Source: Acidobacteriota bacterium (GTDB taxonomy: Bacteria; Acidobacteriota; UBA6911). From it: a stretch of 64,000 bases of DNA. Position numbers and translations under genes: made by a program. Positions within the stretch are counted from its first letter, which is position 1; each line of letters opens with the position of its first letter. Positions 1-11,464 of the stretch are shown here, piece by piece. Below the pieces are notes generated by a model. The model was not told the origin of the DNA. It saw only the letters and a program-made list of their open reading frames with translations, and ran no database searches. The stretch spans positions 736,001-800,000 of the forward strand of contig OY761556.1 of the NCBI GenBank assembly GCA_963664705.1. Reading direction: 5' to 3'.

Positions 1-204
1 CGTGTTCTCGAGATTGCTCACCTGAAAGCCATCGGCGGGATCAATAAGGGCGATCAGGGATTGATAAGATTTCGACCAGAAATCAGGCTGTCTCGAGAGG
101 ATTTCACGAAAATCTGTGCGGGGGACCAGGCGTCTTGAAAGGGAAGAAATCGTGCCGAATATCGTTTGTTGCCCAAATCGGAAAGATCGTGGTATCGCCT
201 CCAT
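1..204 (-). CDS. Hypothetical protein, N-terminal part only (runs off window start)
   Basis: ATG at 204 preceded by GAGGGACG. The frame MEAIPRSFRFGQQTIFGTISSLSRRLVPRTDFREILSRQPDFWSKSYQSLIALIDPADGFQVSNLENT stays open to base 1. Not in the ORF track. Confidence 0.45.
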   Translation of the reverse strand, partial: MEAIPRSFRFGQQTIFGTISSLSRRLVPRTDFREILSRQPDFWSKSYQSLIALIDPADGFQVSNLENT

Positions 205-463
205 CGTCCCTCGCTGTAAAGGTTGGATCCAATGCTACGCAAATGCATCCTGCAAGCTTCGATATCTGCGCTTTTACCTTTTGGGATTTTATACTGAAAC
301 AATGTGACAGGAAATATCTATCGGTTAGGGATTTGCTTCTATTTGGAGACGGAGAGGATTCGTGGAACATTGTCCATCTTCATGAACAACCACAGCCGAC
401 GTGCGCCGGATTTAGGGTAAACTATATGCTTCTCAAAAATGAGCGTCAGGTTTTGGACTTTAG

Positions 464-2053
464 GTGGCGAAAATGTTGAGTGCGGCTATGCGTGATGAAA
501 AGCTCGGCAATGAAAATGCACATCGGGAACTGCCTGTGACGAATGTATCGATGCTTACGAAATGTATTTGGTGTGCCATCCTGCTGACGGGCATTCTCAT
601 AATCCTTTCCTCCGGCGTGGGAATCCGGCCGCTGGATGCATTTGATGATTGTTTCTATGCCGAAGCATCCAGGAACATACTCAAGACAGGGGATTGGCTG
701 AACCTCTACTGGTTGGGCGGATCTCCGTTTCTTGAAAAGCCTCCCCTGCAGTTTTGGATTACGGCAGGCCTGTTTAAGGTTATGGGAGTCACGGAATTTT
801 CGGCTAGGCTGTTCCCCATGTTCTGTGGGCTGGGCATGGTTCTGGTGGTGATGATGTTCGCACGGCGCTTTCTGTCGTGGCAGGCATCCTGCGTTGCAGG
901 GCTGGCCATGCTGTCGTTTCCGGCTTTTTATGAATATTCGACCAAAGCCATGCTGGATATTCCAGTCGCTTTCCTGATCAGCATCTCGCTGTTGTTTTTT
1001 CACAAGGGCATAGAGCAGGAAGGACAGCGCCGGTATTTTTGGTTTTATGGCATCTCTTTTGGTTTGGCTGTTCTGACCAAGAGCGTCGTTGGATTTGTGC
1101 CGCTGATCGCGGGAACGATGATCCTTCTCCTGAAAAGGCCGGGCCGAAATGTCTGGCGGTATTACCTGGAATCCCTGGCCATCGCATTTCTCGTGATTAT
1201 GCCCTGGCACGCTTATGCCTATGTTCGGCATGGCAATCTCTTCCTGCGCGAATACCTCTTGTATCATGTAGTGCAAAGAATGATGGGAGACATCGGGTAC
1301 CAGACAGGGAATTCCGTCTGGTTCTACTTTTTGGAAATTGGTCGGTCGAATCCACTGGGCATCTTCATCGTGCTGGGGATTGCAGTAGTGTTGGTGCGCG
1401 CCATTATCTACAGAGATTGGAACTGCATGCTGCTGGCCGGTTGGATCGCTGCCGTCTTTATCCCCATCAGCGCCTCGGCGGTAAGACTGGCCTGGTATAC
1501 GGTACCGCTCTATCCGCCCTTTGCTCTGTCTGTTGCGGTGGCCTCTGACGTGTTGATCAAGAAGGTAAACCGGCCGGTGCTGGTTTACCTTCTTGTGGCC
1601 GGAGCTGCTCTGAGTGCCCTGTGGACCGGATATCATTTTCAGCACGAGAAAATAGAACTCTTGTCAAAGGAGACAAACCCGTTTCAGCTGAAGAACCTGT
1701 TTGCCCAATTCCGCAAATCCTCAGCTAATCGAGACCTGCTTCGCATCTACGAATTCGGTGAAGCTGCTCCGCTCGCCTATTTCTATGCCGATCGACCCAT
1801 TCAGTTCCAATTTAGCAGCAAAGAATCGTTGGCGGCTCATCAGAAAATTCCCAGCAATTATCTGGAAAAGGGTGTCGTTCGCATGATTCCTGATCTCAAG
1901 GCATTGGAAATGGAAATGGAACATGAAGGCGGGTTTTATCTCTTTCAGAAGACCGTATTCAGTACCCTGCCGAACCGAAGTGCCCTATGCTCGGAGGAGT
2001 ATAAAAGCAGAGACTTCATTCTCGTGCGGTGTAGCCATTCCGGCCCCAACTAA
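464..2053 (+). CDS. ArnT/PMT-like (GT-C fold) membrane glycosyltransferase
   Basis: DD-x-x-YAEASR, FLEKPPL, EFSARLFP and LTKSVVG motifs with many TM segments. The true start may be a later Met. Confidence 0.85.
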   Translation: MAKMLSAAMRDEKLGNENAHRELPVTNVSMLTKCIWCAILLTGILIILSSGVGIRPLDAFDDCFYAEASRNILKTGDWLNLYWLGGSPFLEKPPLQFWITAGLFKVMGVTEFSARLFPMFCGLGMVLVVMMFARRFLSWQASCVAGLAMLSFPAFYEYSTKAMLDIPVAFLISISLLFFHKGIEQEGQRRYFWFYGISFGLAVLTKSVVGFVPLIAGTMILLLKRPGRNVWRYYLESLAIAFLVIMPWHAYAYVRHGNLFLREYLLYHVVQRMMGDIGYQTGNSVWFYFLEIGRSNPLGIFIVLGIAVVLVRAIIYRDWNCMLLAGWIAAVFIPISASAVRLAWYTVPLYPPFALSVAVASDVLIKKVNRPVLVYLLVAGAALSALWTGYHFQHEKIELLSKETNPFQLKNLFAQFRKSSANRDLLRIYEFGEAAPLAYFYADRPIQFQFSSKESLAAHQKIPSNYLEKGVVRMIPDLKALEMEMEHEGGFYLFQKTVFSTLPNRSALCSEEYKSRDFILVRCSHSGPN

Positions 2054-2194
2054 GCTGTCTGGCCAAACTCCTCCTGCTAAGCCGCGAGGCAGCGCGGGGA
2101 GGGGCCGCCGTCCCAGCGGCATCAGCGCACGCAAGCAGCTGTGCCCTTTGTCGGCGAGCGCCCAAAATGCCATACTTTTTTGCAATTGCCGTTC

Positions 2195-2286
2195 TTTTGC
2201 CCCTTCAGGGCTCCAATATTTCAGCTGTTCTTCCCGGGGTTCGCTGCGCTCACCCCGGGCTATTTTCTGACGCGCCTCCGGCGCTT
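2195..2286. repeat. REP-like composite palindrome, copy 1
   Basis: Three hairpins: GCCCCTTCAGGGC, CCCGGGGT-TCGCTGCGCTC-ACCCCGGG and GCGCCTCCGGCGC. A related copy lies at 45927-46019 in the opposite orientation. Confidence 0.7.
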
Positions 2287-2414
2287 AATATTTGGCATTA
2301 GGCGAGACGCCGGCAGTCCCAATGGGACCCGGCTTCATAGCAATTCTGATAAATAGCGGATCCAGTCGCAGCATAATCCGAAAATATGTGGCCTGATTCG
2401 GTCAAAGTCAGGTT

Positions 2415-3464
2415 CTAAATGGAGTAATCTTCCAAAAATACCTGCGTTTCCTTCAGACTGACATATACTTCGTGATCGCGTTCCAACGCGAGAGAACGAT
2501 AGCGTTCCTGAGTCATTTCCACTCGCACGGAGTCTCCGGCTCGGGTGATCAATTCCACTTTAACCAGCGGGCCGGCACTATTGATATGCAGAACCTTTGC
2601 GCGCAAATGGTTGCTTCCATCCGGATGATGCGTGATGTCGAGTTGGTGTGGCCGCACATAGAGAACCGCGCTCCTTCCGGTGCCGGGCGCAGATTCGTCT
2701 CCGATATAGGGGATGCCGCCTTCAACCCTGCCATGGAACAGATTGACATTTCCGAGAAAGTTATAGACAAACGAATTTGCCGGGTGCTGGTAAATATCCT
2801 CGGGCGTCCCTGTCTGGGCAATTGTTCCTTTGTTCATAACGACAACGAGATCGGCGACCTCCAGTGCTTCTTCCTGGTCGTGTGTGACAAAGACGCTTGT
2901 AATATGAATTTCATCGTGAAGCCTCCGCAGCCAGCGTCGAAGCTCATACCTCACTTTGGCATCAAGCGATCCGAATGGTTCGTCCAACAATAGGACTTTG
3001 GGTTCAACGGCGAGGGCTCTTGCGAGAGCCACACGCTGCCTTTGTCCTCCGGATAGTTGCGATGGGAGCCGGTTCGCCATTGATCGGAGTTGAACCAGGT
3101 CCAGAAGGTTGTTTACTTTCGTCTGAATCTCGCCGGATGAAGGACGCTCCTTCCGGGGTTTTACCCGGAGGCCGAAAGCGATATTCTCAAAAACGGTCAT
3201 GTGGCGAAACAAGGCATAGTGCTGAAAGACAAAGCCAACTCCGCGTTCACGAGCGTGTCTCAAGGTTGCATCATTTGCATCAAACGAAAGGTTTCCGCTA
3301 TCGGGAAATTCGAGCCCCGCAATAATGCGCAGCAAGGTTGTTTTTCCGGAGCCGGAAGGGCCTAGCAGGGCAACCAATTGGCCGGAGGGGATCGTCAAGC
3401 TGATGTTGCTGAGTGCACTAAAATTGCCAAATGTTTTTGCGATGTTATTCAATTCGATGTTCAT
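2415..3464 (-). CDS. cysA: Sulfate/thiosulfate ABC transporter ATP-binding protein
   Basis: GPSGSGKT Walker [29 protein letters not shown]-terminal TOBE-like region, operon context. Confidence 0.95.
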   Translation of the reverse strand: MNIELNNIAKTFGNFSALSNISLTIPSGQLVALLGPSGSGKTTLLRIIAGLEFPDSGNLSFDANDATLRHARERGVGFVFQHYALFRHMTVFENIAFGLRVKPRKERPSSGEIQTKVNNLLDLVQLRSMANRLPSQLSGGQRQRVALARALAVEPKVLLLDEPFGSLDAKVRYELRRWLRRLHDEIHITSVFVTHDQEEALEVADLVVVMNKGTIAQTGTPEDIYQHPANSFVYNFLGNVNLFHGRVEGGIPYIGDESAPGTGRSAVLYVRPHQLDITHHPDGSNHLRAKVLHINSAGPLVKVELITRAGDSVRVEMTQERYRSLALERDHEVYVSLKETQVFLEDYSI

Positions 3465-3470
3465 CGAAGC

Positions 3471-4367
3471 CTACTCCGGTGCGATATTTGAGGTGGATGG
3501 CGTGTTGACGTGTCGCCGGCCTTGCCAGTCTATGATCGCTTTGGCCGCAAGGGTGATCAATGCGAGCAGCGCAAGCAGGGATGCCACTGCAAAGGACGCA
3601 ACAAACTGGTAATCGTTATAAAGTACTTCCACATGCAACGGCATTGTATTGGTCAATCCGCGGATATGTCCCGATACAACCGAAACCGCGCCAAACTCGC
3701 CCATCGCGCGCGCATTACATAAAATAATTCCATACAATAGTCCCCACTTCACATTGGGCAGGGTTACCAGCCAGAAGGTCTTCCAACCGCTGGCTCCCAG
3801 GATAAGCGCTGCCTCTTCCGCATCGCTGCCCTGTGCCTGCATGGATGGAATCAACTCGCGGGCGGCATAGGGAAAGGTTACAAATATGGTTGCCAGGATG
3901 ATCCCTGGCACGCTGAAAACAATCTGCAGATTGTGTGCGTCAAGCCATGGGCCCAGAAGCCCCCTGGCCCCAAAGAGAAGAATAAAGAGCATGCCGGAAA
4001 TGACTGGGGAGATGCTGAAAGGCAAGTCAATCAGGGAGAGTATGAAGCTCTTGCCCCGGAAATCAAACTTGGTGATTGCCCAGGAGGCTGCCAGCCCGAA
4101 CAGCACGTTGAGCGGTACGGCAATCAGGGCGGTTATCAAAGTCAGCTTAATGGCCGACCAGGCATCCGGCTCGGATATTGCCTCCCAGTATTTGGCAAAG
4201 CCCGTTTCCAGCGCCTTGGCAAATACGGTGAAGAGCGGAATCACCAGAAACAATCCCAGAAACAGCAATGCGGTCAGCGTCAGAGCCCATCGGATTATTG
4301 GAGATTCCGTGGTGTTCCGTGACTGGATCGTGCCATTCCGGATTTGAGTGGATGGAGCGTTGGCCAA
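3471..4367 (-). CDS. cysW: Sulfate ABC transporter permease CysW
   Basis: DLPFSISPVISG, EEAALILGASGW and NARAMGEFGAVSVVSGHIRG motifs. TTG start after GAGGAG. Confidence 0.93.
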   Translation of the reverse strand: MANAPSTQIRNGTIQSRNTTESPIIRWALTLTALLFLGLFLVIPLFTVFAKALETGFAKYWEAISEPDAWSAIKLTLITALIAVPLNVLFGLAASWAITKFDFRGKSFILSLIDLPFSISPVISGMLFILLFGARGLLGPWLDAHNLQIVFSVPGIILATIFVTFPYAARELIPSMQAQGSDAEEAALILGASGWKTFWLVTLPNVKWGLLYGIILCNARAMGEFGAVSVVSGHIRGLTNTMPLHVEVLYNDYQFVASFAVASLLALLALITLAAKAIIDWQGRRHVNTPSTSNIAPE

Positions 4368-4387
4368 TGGGGATCTCCTCAATGATA

Positions 4388-5215
4388 TTATCTGGAAAGC
4401 CTGGTTCGATATCCCTGGGCAAAGTTGATGGCAAGAAGCAGTGTGAAGGAGGCCAGCAGAAATACCAGGGCGATCGCGCTGGCTTCAGCGTAATTAAACT
4501 GCTCAAGCTTGATCATGATCAGCAGGGGCGTAATCTCGGTGCGCATGGGCATATTGCCCGAGATGAAAATCACCGATCCGTATTCTCCCAGGCCGCGCGC
4601 AAAGGCAAGCACAAAACCGGTAAGTAACGCGGGGGCGAGTTCCGGAAGCAAAACCCGCGTAATCGTCTGAAAACGGGTAGCCCCCAGGCTGACGGCTGCT
4701 TCTTCGACATCAGCGTCCATAGCCTGCAATACCGGCTCAACCGTGCGGACGACAAAGGGGAGCCCAATGAAGACAAGAGCGATGGTGATTCCCAGCGGCG
4801 TATAGGCTGCTTTGATCCCGAATCCATGAAGAATTTTTCCGATCCATCCGGTTTCGGAATAAAGCGTTGTGAGCGCTATGCCGGCGACCGCCGTGGGCAA
4901 GGCAAACGGAAGGTCCACCAGCCCATCAATCAGCTTCTTGCCTGGGAATTTGTAGCGTACCAATACCCAGGCCACAAGCAGCCCGAAAAAGGTGTTCACC
5001 AGGGCTCCTGCAAAGGATGCGCCAAAGCTGAGGCGATAGGAGGCCAATGCGCGAGGAGTCGACACCGTGGCCCAGAATTGCCCCCAGCTCAGGGACATCG
5101 TTTTGATCACGAGAGTCGATAGGGGAATCAGCACAACAATGCCGAGATAGAGCACCGCATAGCCGAGAGATCCGGCAAAACCGGGAATGATGCTCCGTTT
5201 CTTGAGAATGATCAT
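4388..5215 (-). CDS. cysT: Sulfate ABC transporter permease CysT (CysU)
   Basis: DLPFALPTAVAGIAL, EEAAVSLGA and RGLGEYGSVIFISGN motifs. Confidence 0.95.
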   Translation of the reverse strand: MIILKKRSIIPGFAGSLGYAVLYLGIVVLIPLSTLVIKTMSLSWGQFWATVSTPRALASYRLSFGASFAGALVNTFFGLLVAWVLVRYKFPGKKLIDGLVDLPFALPTAVAGIALTTLYSETGWIGKILHGFGIKAAYTPLGITIALVFIGLPFVVRTVEPVLQAMDADVEEAAVSLGATRFQTITRVLLPELAPALLTGFVLAFARGLGEYGSVIFISGNMPMRTEITPLLIMIKLEQFNYAEASAIALVFLLASFTLLLAINFAQGYRTRLSR

Positions 5216-5275
5216 CGATCCTCTTTCTTAAGGAAGCATAAGCGCGTCAACACGATCGGGTTCTCTGTCGCTTGC

Positions 5276-6283
5276 CTAGGGGTGATAGATCCGGTCGAAA
5301 ACGCCACCGTCATCAAAATGCGTTTTCTGGGCTTTTTGCCAACCGCCAAGCTGGTCAATTCCCACGAGCGTTGACTTTTGAAAGATATTCGAATATCTGG
5401 CTGCTATCGTTGCATTCCGCGGACGGTAGTAGTGGCGGGCCGCAATCTCCTGACCTTCCTCGGTGTATAGATATTCGAGATAGGCCTGGGCCGCTGTCAG
5501 AGAGCCTTGCCTTTTAGCATTTTTATCCACCACTGCAACGGGTGGTTCGGCCAGTATCGTGACTGAAGGCATCACGATATCAAAGTTGCCTTTGCCTATT
5601 TCCTTTACGGTTAATAGCGCTTCGTTTTCCCATGCGATCAGGACATCCCCTATGCCTCGCTCGACAAATGTGGTGGTCGCTCCGCGCGCACCGGTATCGA
5701 GAACGGGAACATTTTTGAATATGGATGTAATGAACTCCTGTGCTTTCTTCTCGTCATTGCCCCATCGCTTCAAGGCATAGCTCCAGGCGGCCAGATAGTT
5801 CCATCTGGCTCCTCCGGATGTTTTGGGATTAGGCGTTATTACCGATATCCCCGTCTTTGCCAGGTCATCCCAATCCTTTATTTTTTTGGGGTTTCCTTTC
5901 CGAACCAGGAAGACGATGGTTGAGGTATAGGGAGCGCTGTTGTTCGGCAGCCGCTTTTCCCAGTTGACGTCAAGGAGTCCGGCCTTGGCGATGGCATCTA
6001 CATCGTAGGCAAGCGCCAGCGTGACAACATCTGCGCGAAGTCCATCAATAACGGCTCGTGCCTGTTTCCCGGATCCTCCGTGTGACTGGCGAATCGTTAC
6101 GGCCTGTCCCGTTCGGGCTTTCCAGTGCTTGGTGAAGGCCGCGTTGAAATCCTGGTACAGCTCGCGCGTGGGATCATAGGAAACATTCAGGAGCGTCAGG
6201 TTTCCCTGGGCTAGGGCTGAAGTGAAGGTTGCAACGACAAAAGCAATAAAGATAAGAAACCCGCGGATTCGTATATTCATCAT
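5276..6283 (-). CDS. sbp: Sulfate ABC transporter periplasmic binding protein
   Basis: Signal peptide, then [26 protein letters not shown] and [18 protein letters not shown]. Start moved to the MM after GGGAG. Confidence 0.95.
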   Translation of the reverse strand: MMNIRIRGFLIFIAFVVATFTSALAQGNLTLLNVSYDPTRELYQDFNAAFTKHWKARTGQAVTIRQSHGGSGKQARAVIDGLRADVVTLALAYDVDAIAKAGLLDVNWEKRLPNNSAPYTSTIVFLVRKGNPKKIKDWDDLAKTGISVITPNPKTSGGARWNYLAAWSYALKRWGNDEKKAQEFITSIFKNVPVLDTGARGATTTFVERGIGDVLIAWENEALLTVKEIGKGNFDIVMPSVTILAEPPVAVVDKNAKRQGSLTAAQAYLEYLYTEEGQEIAARHYYRPRNATIAARYSNIFQKSTLVGIDQLGGWQKAQKTHFDDGGVFDRIYHP

Positions 6284-6348
6284 GCCAAAACTCCCAATAT
6301 GCTTGCGGTGCCTTGTTAGTGGCCCCTGAACGGCTCTTGGACCAGAGT

Positions 6349-8130
6349 TCATATGGCAAACTCTGGTAGAATCTCTTCCTTTCTAAGAGCATTTTCTGCC
6401 TGTCGGGAAGCTTCAACCGGGTCCTCGGTTGAGATATGAAGGTCTTCGCCTTCATCCCGGTGCATCCCGGTGCTTATTCGGATTGCAAGTATTTCCTGCG
6501 GAAGAACGAGTTCCCGCAGTATTCGCAGTTCGTGTCGATCCACCTCTGGCATGGCGGTTATAAAGATCAGGCCACTGTCTGTCATGATCCGGGCCAATTC
6601 CCCCAACCTCCGAATGCTTTCTTCCCTGCGGTCAAACGTGTCGGCCACGTCTGATCCAATCCCTTTGTCCATGCTGGATACGCCAAGGTAGTAGGAGAAA
6701 AAGCCGGCATTGAACAACCGCTTTTCGAGTGCTTTGCCGACTGATTTGACATGCTCTTCTGAAGGGCCGGTCAGAAACACGAATTTGGATTTATGGCCGT
6801 GTCGCGCTTCGCGGGTGTTGAGAGGGATCGAGCCCAGTTCCCAGGCCGCTTCTCTTTCTGCGACATGCTCTGCTACGAGTGGTTGTCCAGAGGAGGCCGC
6901 TTCGAGCACGATGCCTCCACCGGCTATCTCGTAATTGTCGACGATGACGAAGCGTCCGGTTCCCTCATGATTAGTGAAGAGATCGAATGCCAGGGGTTTT
7001 ACTGTCTGGAGGATGCACTCGCCGATATCGTGGCGCTCCAATTCGTTTTTGCCTTTTTCTGCTTTCAAGTCTGCGGCGTTCAGAACGTGATTCACCCTGG
7101 AAAGATATGCCGGCACACGCGCTGCCGCGAGTTTCAGCTTGTATTTCTTGCCGGTGATCATTGGAGTTTTGCCAAGCCAGAATATATGTACGCGCAGGTT
7201 CGATCCGACTATCACTGAAGGCTCGGAATATTTACACATAATTTCGCCGGGCCGGATATACAACTCTTCCGTAAACGTAACTCCGACTGCCTGGCCTGCG
7301 GATGCGCTGAACCCGGGCGGTCGGTTGAACGATTCGATGCTTTTGATCGTGGACTTCTTTTCAGAAGGATAGAAAACCACCGGGGTTCCAACGGAAACGG
7401 ATCCGGTTTCAATTGTGCCTGCCAGGATGCGCCGGTCATCTGCTTCCTCGGTAAATTTGTACACATCCTGCACCGCGAATCGAAATGGCTGTTCTTCTTT
7501 TCCCGCTTCCTTCGTGAATGAATCCAGAAAATCGAGGGCGGTGAGTCCCTTGTACCACTCCGCTTTTTGCGTCAGATTGATGCCTTCCCGGGCGGAGACT
7601 GGCACAAATCCGAATGGATGCAACCCGATCTCTGCAAGGAATGCGGTATATTCCTGCCGGATCCGTTCAAAAACGGTCATATCGAAACCGACAAGATCCA
7701 TCTTGTTTACCAGGACGACAATCTGGCGAATTCCCAGCATCGACAGAAGGTATCCATGCCGGCGGGAGTTTTCGCGTACTCCTTCTTTGGCGTCGATCAC
7801 CAGGAGCGCCGCTTCTGCACGGGCTGCGCCGGTTACCATATTCTTAAGGAACTCGATATGACCGGGCGCGTCGAGAATGATGTAATCGCGTTGCGCGGAT
7901 TTGAAGAAGCATCGGGCGGTATCAATGGTTATGCCTTGTGCCTGTTCGTCTTTGAGTGCGTCCAGAAGGAATGCGTATTCAAAGGGGCGTGCATTCCGCT
8001 CGCACATTGCCTGAACTTGTGCGAGTTTTCCCTGGGGCAGCGATCCTGTATCCGCAAGTAGCCGCCCTATGACCGTGCTTTTGCCGTGATCCACATGACC
8101 AACAACTACTATATTCATCTGTTCGCGCAT
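6349..8130 (-). CDS. cysN: Sulfate adenylyltransferase large subunit with degenerate C-terminal APS-kinase-like domain
   Basis: [19 protein letters not shown] and NKMD GTPase motifs. The CysC-like tail ([33 protein letters not shown]) lacks an intact P-loop. Confidence 0.92.
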   Translation of the reverse strand: MREQMNIVVVGHVDHGKSTVIGRLLADTGSLPQGKLAQVQAMCERNARPFEYAFLLDALKDEQAQGITIDTARCFFKSAQRDYIILDAPGHIEFLKNMVTGAARAEAALLVIDAKEGVRENSRRHGYLLSMLGIRQIVVLVNKMDLVGFDMTVFERIRQEYTAFLAEIGLHPFGFVPVSAREGINLTQKAEWYKGLTALDFLDSFTKEAGKEEQPFRFAVQDVYKFTEEADDRRILAGTIETGSVSVGTPVVFYPSEKKSTIKSIESFNRPPGFSASAGQAVGVTFTEELYIRPGEIMCKYSEPSVIVGSNLRVHIFWLGKTPMITGKKYKLKLAAARVPAYLSRVNHVLNAADLKAEKGKNELERHDIGECILQTVKPLAFDLFTNHEGTGRFVIVDNYEIAGGGIVLEAASSGQPLVAEHVAEREAAWELGSIPLNTREARHGHKSKFVFLTGPSEEHVKSVGKALEKRLFNAGFFSYYLGVSSMDKGIGSDVADTFDRREESIRRLGELARIMTDSGLIFITAMPEVDRHELRILRELVLPQEILAIRISTGMHRDEGEDLHISTEDPVEASRQAENALRKEEILPEFAI

Positions 8131-8153
8131 CCGATTGCTCCAACGATATCGTT

Positions 8154-9035
8154 CTACATGTATCCTTCACGGCGCAGCGTTTCGAGGCCCCCGCCATCTT
8201 CCTTGTCCTGCGCACGCCCCGAGCGTTCCGCGATATTTGCGAATTTCCCGGTTCGCAGCTCCTCGATGATTTCCCTGACCGTACGCGCCTCGGAATCCAC
8301 CGCATGCGTACAGGGATAGCAGCCGAGAGAGCGATAACGCTTCCCGTCCCCCTGGTTGAAATACAGGGAGACAACGCCTATGCCTTCCCGCTCGATGTAC
8401 TCCCAGATATTCAGTTCCGTCCAATCAAGAAGCGGATGCACTCGTACATGAGTTCCCGGGGCAAAATCTGTTTTGAACTGATTCCATAGCTCGGGCGGCT
8501 GGTCTGCGATGTCCCATTCGTTGTCTTTGTCCCGCGAGGAGAAATAGCGCTCTTTCGAGCGACTGCCCTCTTCATCCGCGCGCACGCCGACGATCACTCC
8601 GGTATAGGGTTCCTGATGGAGCTCGCTTACATATTTCCCGGTGGAATGATCCATTCTGTAGCGGGGCCATTCGCCGGAAAGTGTTCGTTTGAGCGCTTCG
8701 CTTTTCAGGTTGCGGCAGCAGGCAATGCGATCGGCATTTCCATCCGGAAAGGTTTCCCGGCACCGGATAGCCTCAGCATTTTCACCGTAGACCATATTCA
8801 GTTTCCATTCTTTGGCCAGGCGATCCCTGTACCGGATCATTTCCGGAATTTTGAAATGTGTGTCTATGTGGACAAGCGGAAATGGTACATGGCCAAAAAA
8901 AGCTCGCCGGGCCAGCCAAAGGAGCACAGTGCTGTCCTTGCCGATCGACCAGAGCATGCAGAGATGTTTGAACTCCCGATAGGCCTCTCTCAGGATATAG
9001 ATGCTTCTTGCTTCCAATTTGTCGAGTGTATCCAT
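8154..9035 (-). CDS. cysD: Sulfate adenylyltransferase small subunit
   Basis: WSIGKDS PP-loop, [31 protein letters not shown], ending LRREGYM. Confidence 0.95.
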   Translation of the reverse strand: MDTLDKLEARSIYILREAYREFKHLCMLWSIGKDSTVLLWLARRAFFGHVPFPLVHIDTHFKIPEMIRYRDRLAKEWKLNMVYGENAEAIRCRETFPDGNADRIACCRNLKSEALKRTLSGEWPRYRMDHSTGKYVSELHQEPYTGVIVGVRADEEGSRSKERYFSSRDKDNEWDIADQPPELWNQFKTDFAPGTHVRVHPLLDWTELNIWEYIEREGIGVVSLYFNQGDGKRYRSLGCYPCTHAVDSEARTVREIIEELRTGKFANIAERSGRAQDKEDGGGLETLRREGYM

Positions 9036-9046
9036 GGCTGTCCTCT

Positions 9047-9700
9047 TTACTGATCGCTATGTAGTCCGCACTCCATCCCATGCTGAGATGTTCCAGCAAA
9101 TCTCCCTGCGCGTTCGGAATCCCCGCCTTTGGATGTGCAGGGCAGGCATCCAAGCGAGGCATATCCCTGGTTGTACAGCGGGTGATAGCTGAGATTATTC
9201 TGCACGATGTAATTCCAGACATCTTCCTTGGTCCAGAATGCAATGGGATTGATTTTGGTGATCCGGCCTTCTGACAGAATGGGGGTGTCTTTCCTTAGCT
9301 CATTTTCATCGCGCCGCAGACCGGTTATCCAGGCGTCAAATTGAGGGAGAATGAGCGAAAGCGCGGGAGCTTTCATTTCGCAGCATTTATAGCGATCGTT
9401 CCTGATCGTGTGCTCTCCGAACTCGGTTTCTATCCGCTGACGCTCTGCATCCGGCGGCTCAATCCATCGGAAATGCATTCCGGTTTCCGCGACCAGTTGG
9501 TTTGCGTAGGCGAGGGTTTCCGGAAACTCGTAGCCGGTATCGATGCCAATGAACGGGACGTCTTTATTTACCTGCATGACGAGATCCACCAGCACCCGAG
9601 AGTCTTTACCAAATGAGCAGGAGGCAAATACCCTCGAATGTCTGGCAATGGCAACCTCTATGATAAATTTAGATAATTCGACTTTCTCCCAGAGCTTCAT
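9047..9700 (-). CDS. cysH: APS/PAPS reductase, probably the [4Fe-4S] APS reductase type
   Basis: [17 protein letters not shown] pair, [20 protein letters not shown] and terminal ECGLH. ATG at 9700 after AGGAGA. Confidence 0.92.
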   Translation of the reverse strand: MKLWEKVELSKFIIEVAIARHSRVFASCSFGKDSRVLVDLVMQVNKDVPFIGIDTGYEFPETLAYANQLVAETGMHFRWIEPPDAERQRIETEFGEHTIRNDRYKCCEMKAPALSLILPQFDAWITGLRRDENELRKDTPILSEGRITKINPIAFWTKEDVWNYIVQNNLSYHPLYNQGYASLGCLPCTSKGGDSERAGRFAGTSQHGMECGLHSDQ

Positions 9701-10526
9701 TGATGTCTCCTGAATGGGTATAGAAAGGGATCGCTGCAAAAAGTTGTTCAGGCGCATTTCCTTCATGCCAGTTTAAGACCGGACTGAGCCGGACCACATT
9801 CCCGACTATCACCAGCATTGGTGTTGCCGGGTTCACATCGGTTACACCGGCGTCGATATCCTCAAGCGTCCCCAATACGGTTTGCTGATCCGGCAGCGTT
9901 GCTCTGCTGATGACCGCAATCGGAGTGTTGGGGGCGAGGCCGCCCGCCATCAGCGAACAGACGATTTCAGCCAGTTGCAGCCCGCCCATGTAAACCACCA
10001 GTGTGTCCACGGATTTGGCAATATCGGATAAGGATCGGTTCTTCGGGGCGGTCCTGAAATCCCTTGGAGTTACAAATGCAATTGAAGAGGAGATCGCGCG
10101 GTGAGTCAGCGGGATGCCCGAATAGCTGGCGGCCCCCAGTGCGGAGGTGACTCCGGGTATGATCTCAAAACGGATCCCGTGTTGCTTGCAGGCAAGAGCT
10201 TCTTCCCCTCCGCGTCCGAACAGAAGAGGATCGCCTCCCTTCAGTCTCACGACCGTCTTGCCCGATTTGGCAGAGGCAATGATCCTTTCATTGATGGCCC
10301 ACTGTTCCATCGCCCGCTTGCCGCAGCGCTTCCCGACAAAGACCCTTTCGGCTCCATGCCCGGCATATTGAAATATTTCCGGGTTGACGAGCGCATCGTA
10401 AAAGATGATGTCCGCCTTGCGAAGGGCCTGCATGCCTTTGATTGTGAGCAGATCGACGGCTCCAGGGCCCGCTCCCACGATAAAAACCTGGGGCATATCC
10501 AATTTGGTGGCAGCCTTTCTATTCAT
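9669..10526 (-). CDS. cobA: Uroporphyrinogen-III C-methyltransferase
   Basis: VGAGPG, DALV, VRLKGGDPLLFGRGGEE, IPGVTS and GIPLTHR motifs. Confidence 0.93.
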   Translation of the reverse strand: MNRKAATKLDMPQVFIVGAGPGAVDLLTIKGMQALRKADIIFYDALVNPEIFQYAGHGAERVFVGKRCGKRAMEQWAINERIIASAKSGKTVVRLKGGDPLLFGRGGEEALACKQHGIRFEIIPGVTSALGAASYSGIPLTHRAISSSIAFVTPRDFRTAPKNRSLSDIAKSVDTLVVYMGGLQLAEIVCSLMAGGLAPNTPIAVISRATLPDQQTVLGTLEDIDAGVTDVNPATPMLVIVGNVVRLSPVLNWHEGNAPEQLFAAIPFYTHSGDINEALGESRII

Positions 10527-11130
10527 CGATCCGAATCCTCCCTGGCTGAGCCTGATCCATCTGATCCAGTACGCGGCGAATAACCGCTTTACGCTCCTGC
10601 ATATCTTCGGGAATGTGGATTTTAAGATGTCTGCGCAACTGACCTAGTTCTATGGCGAATGCATCCAGGGTGGCTGGCAGCACTTCCTCGAGCCGCTCCC
10701 GCAACCATGCCGCGAGGACCGGACTGTTGCCGTCGGTGGAAATGGAGATTTTCAGTGCGCCGCGATCCACAATGGCGGGGAAGAAGAAATCGCTTTGCTC
10801 CGCCTGATCGACAATGTTGCACAGTATGTTCCGGCGATTTGCTTCTTCGAAGATTGTCTGCTGGACTGTTCGGTCATTGGTTGCGCCTATGACGATCGAA
10901 TAGGCGTTGCAAATATCCGAACGCAATAGCGGCCGCTGATGAAGCTGAAGGGAACCCTCAACCGCAAGATCAACGATGGACGGCATGGCCTCACGGGCGA
11001 TTACCGTGACTTTTGCCGAGGCCGACAGCATTTGTGATATACGAGTGAATGCCGTTTTTCCGCCTCCAACGATCAATACATGTCGACCGCTCAATTTCAG
11101 TGAGATTGGGAAGGTTTGACTGGTGGGCAT
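10519..11130 (-). CDS. Precorrin-2 dehydrogenase/sirohydrochlorin ferrochelatase (CysG N-terminal/SirC-like)
   Basis: FPISLKL, VLIVGGG, NIVD, DFFFPAIVDRG and ISTDGNSP motifs. Family similarity begins near MPTSQ (11130). Confidence 0.88.
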   Translation of the reverse strand: MPTSQTFPISLKLSGRHVLIVGGGKTAFTRISQMLSASAKVTVIAREAMPSIVDLAVEGSLQLHQRPLLRSDICNAYSIVIGATNDRTVQQTIFEEANRRNILCNIVDQAEQSDFFFPAIVDRGALKISISTDGNSPVLAAWLRERLEEVLPATLDAFAIELGQLRRHLKIHIPEDMQERKAVIRRVLDQMDQAQPGRIRIDE

Positions 11131-11352
11131 AGGCCTTGTTCCGAACTCCGGTTCATTCGCGATGACGCGCTGAAAAAACTTTAGAATTGAAGGATAGAGC
11201 CTTGGATTGCATGGCGGATATGCGTCATGAATTTTCAGGCCTGCCTCAATCCGGTATATGGAAACATGCAAGATCGTATGCATTTATGTATGCGGACGAT
11301 CTCAAGTAGTGGAAGCAGAAAGGAATGGATGCCGACGGGCTTGTATCGTGGT

Positions 11353-11457
11353 CTAGGACGCTGCGCAAGTCCATGCCGCGAGCCATGCCGTCGGCCGTCT
11401 ACAACAGCATCCGGGGCGGTTAGCGGTCTGGAATGTGCTTCTGCGTAATGAACTCAT
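11353..11457 (-). CDS. Putative leaderless poly-Cys leader peptide (34 aa) of the cys operon
   Basis: MSSLRRSTFQTANRPGCCCRRPTAWLAAWTCAAS*. The ATG is 7 nt after the -10 box and there is no SD. TGC-TGT-TGT lies at 11409-11401. Confidence 0.75.
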   Translation of the reverse strand: MSSLRRSTFQTANRPGCCCRRPTAWLAAWTCAAS

Positions 11458-11464
11458 GGCGCAA

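Noticed and set aside
446-1645. Long antisense and alternative-frame ORFs in the track (e.g. 446-1645, 27212-28246, 29422-30303, 53053-54030, 47235-48014)
   Set aside because: They overlap well-supported genes and have no recognisable motifs, so they are shadow ORFs
11131-11283. 51-codon N-terminal extension of the precorrin-2 dehydrogenase ORF
   Set aside because: Family similarity begins at about MPTSQTFP. The extension is more plausibly leader RNA, though an upstream start cannot be fully excluded.
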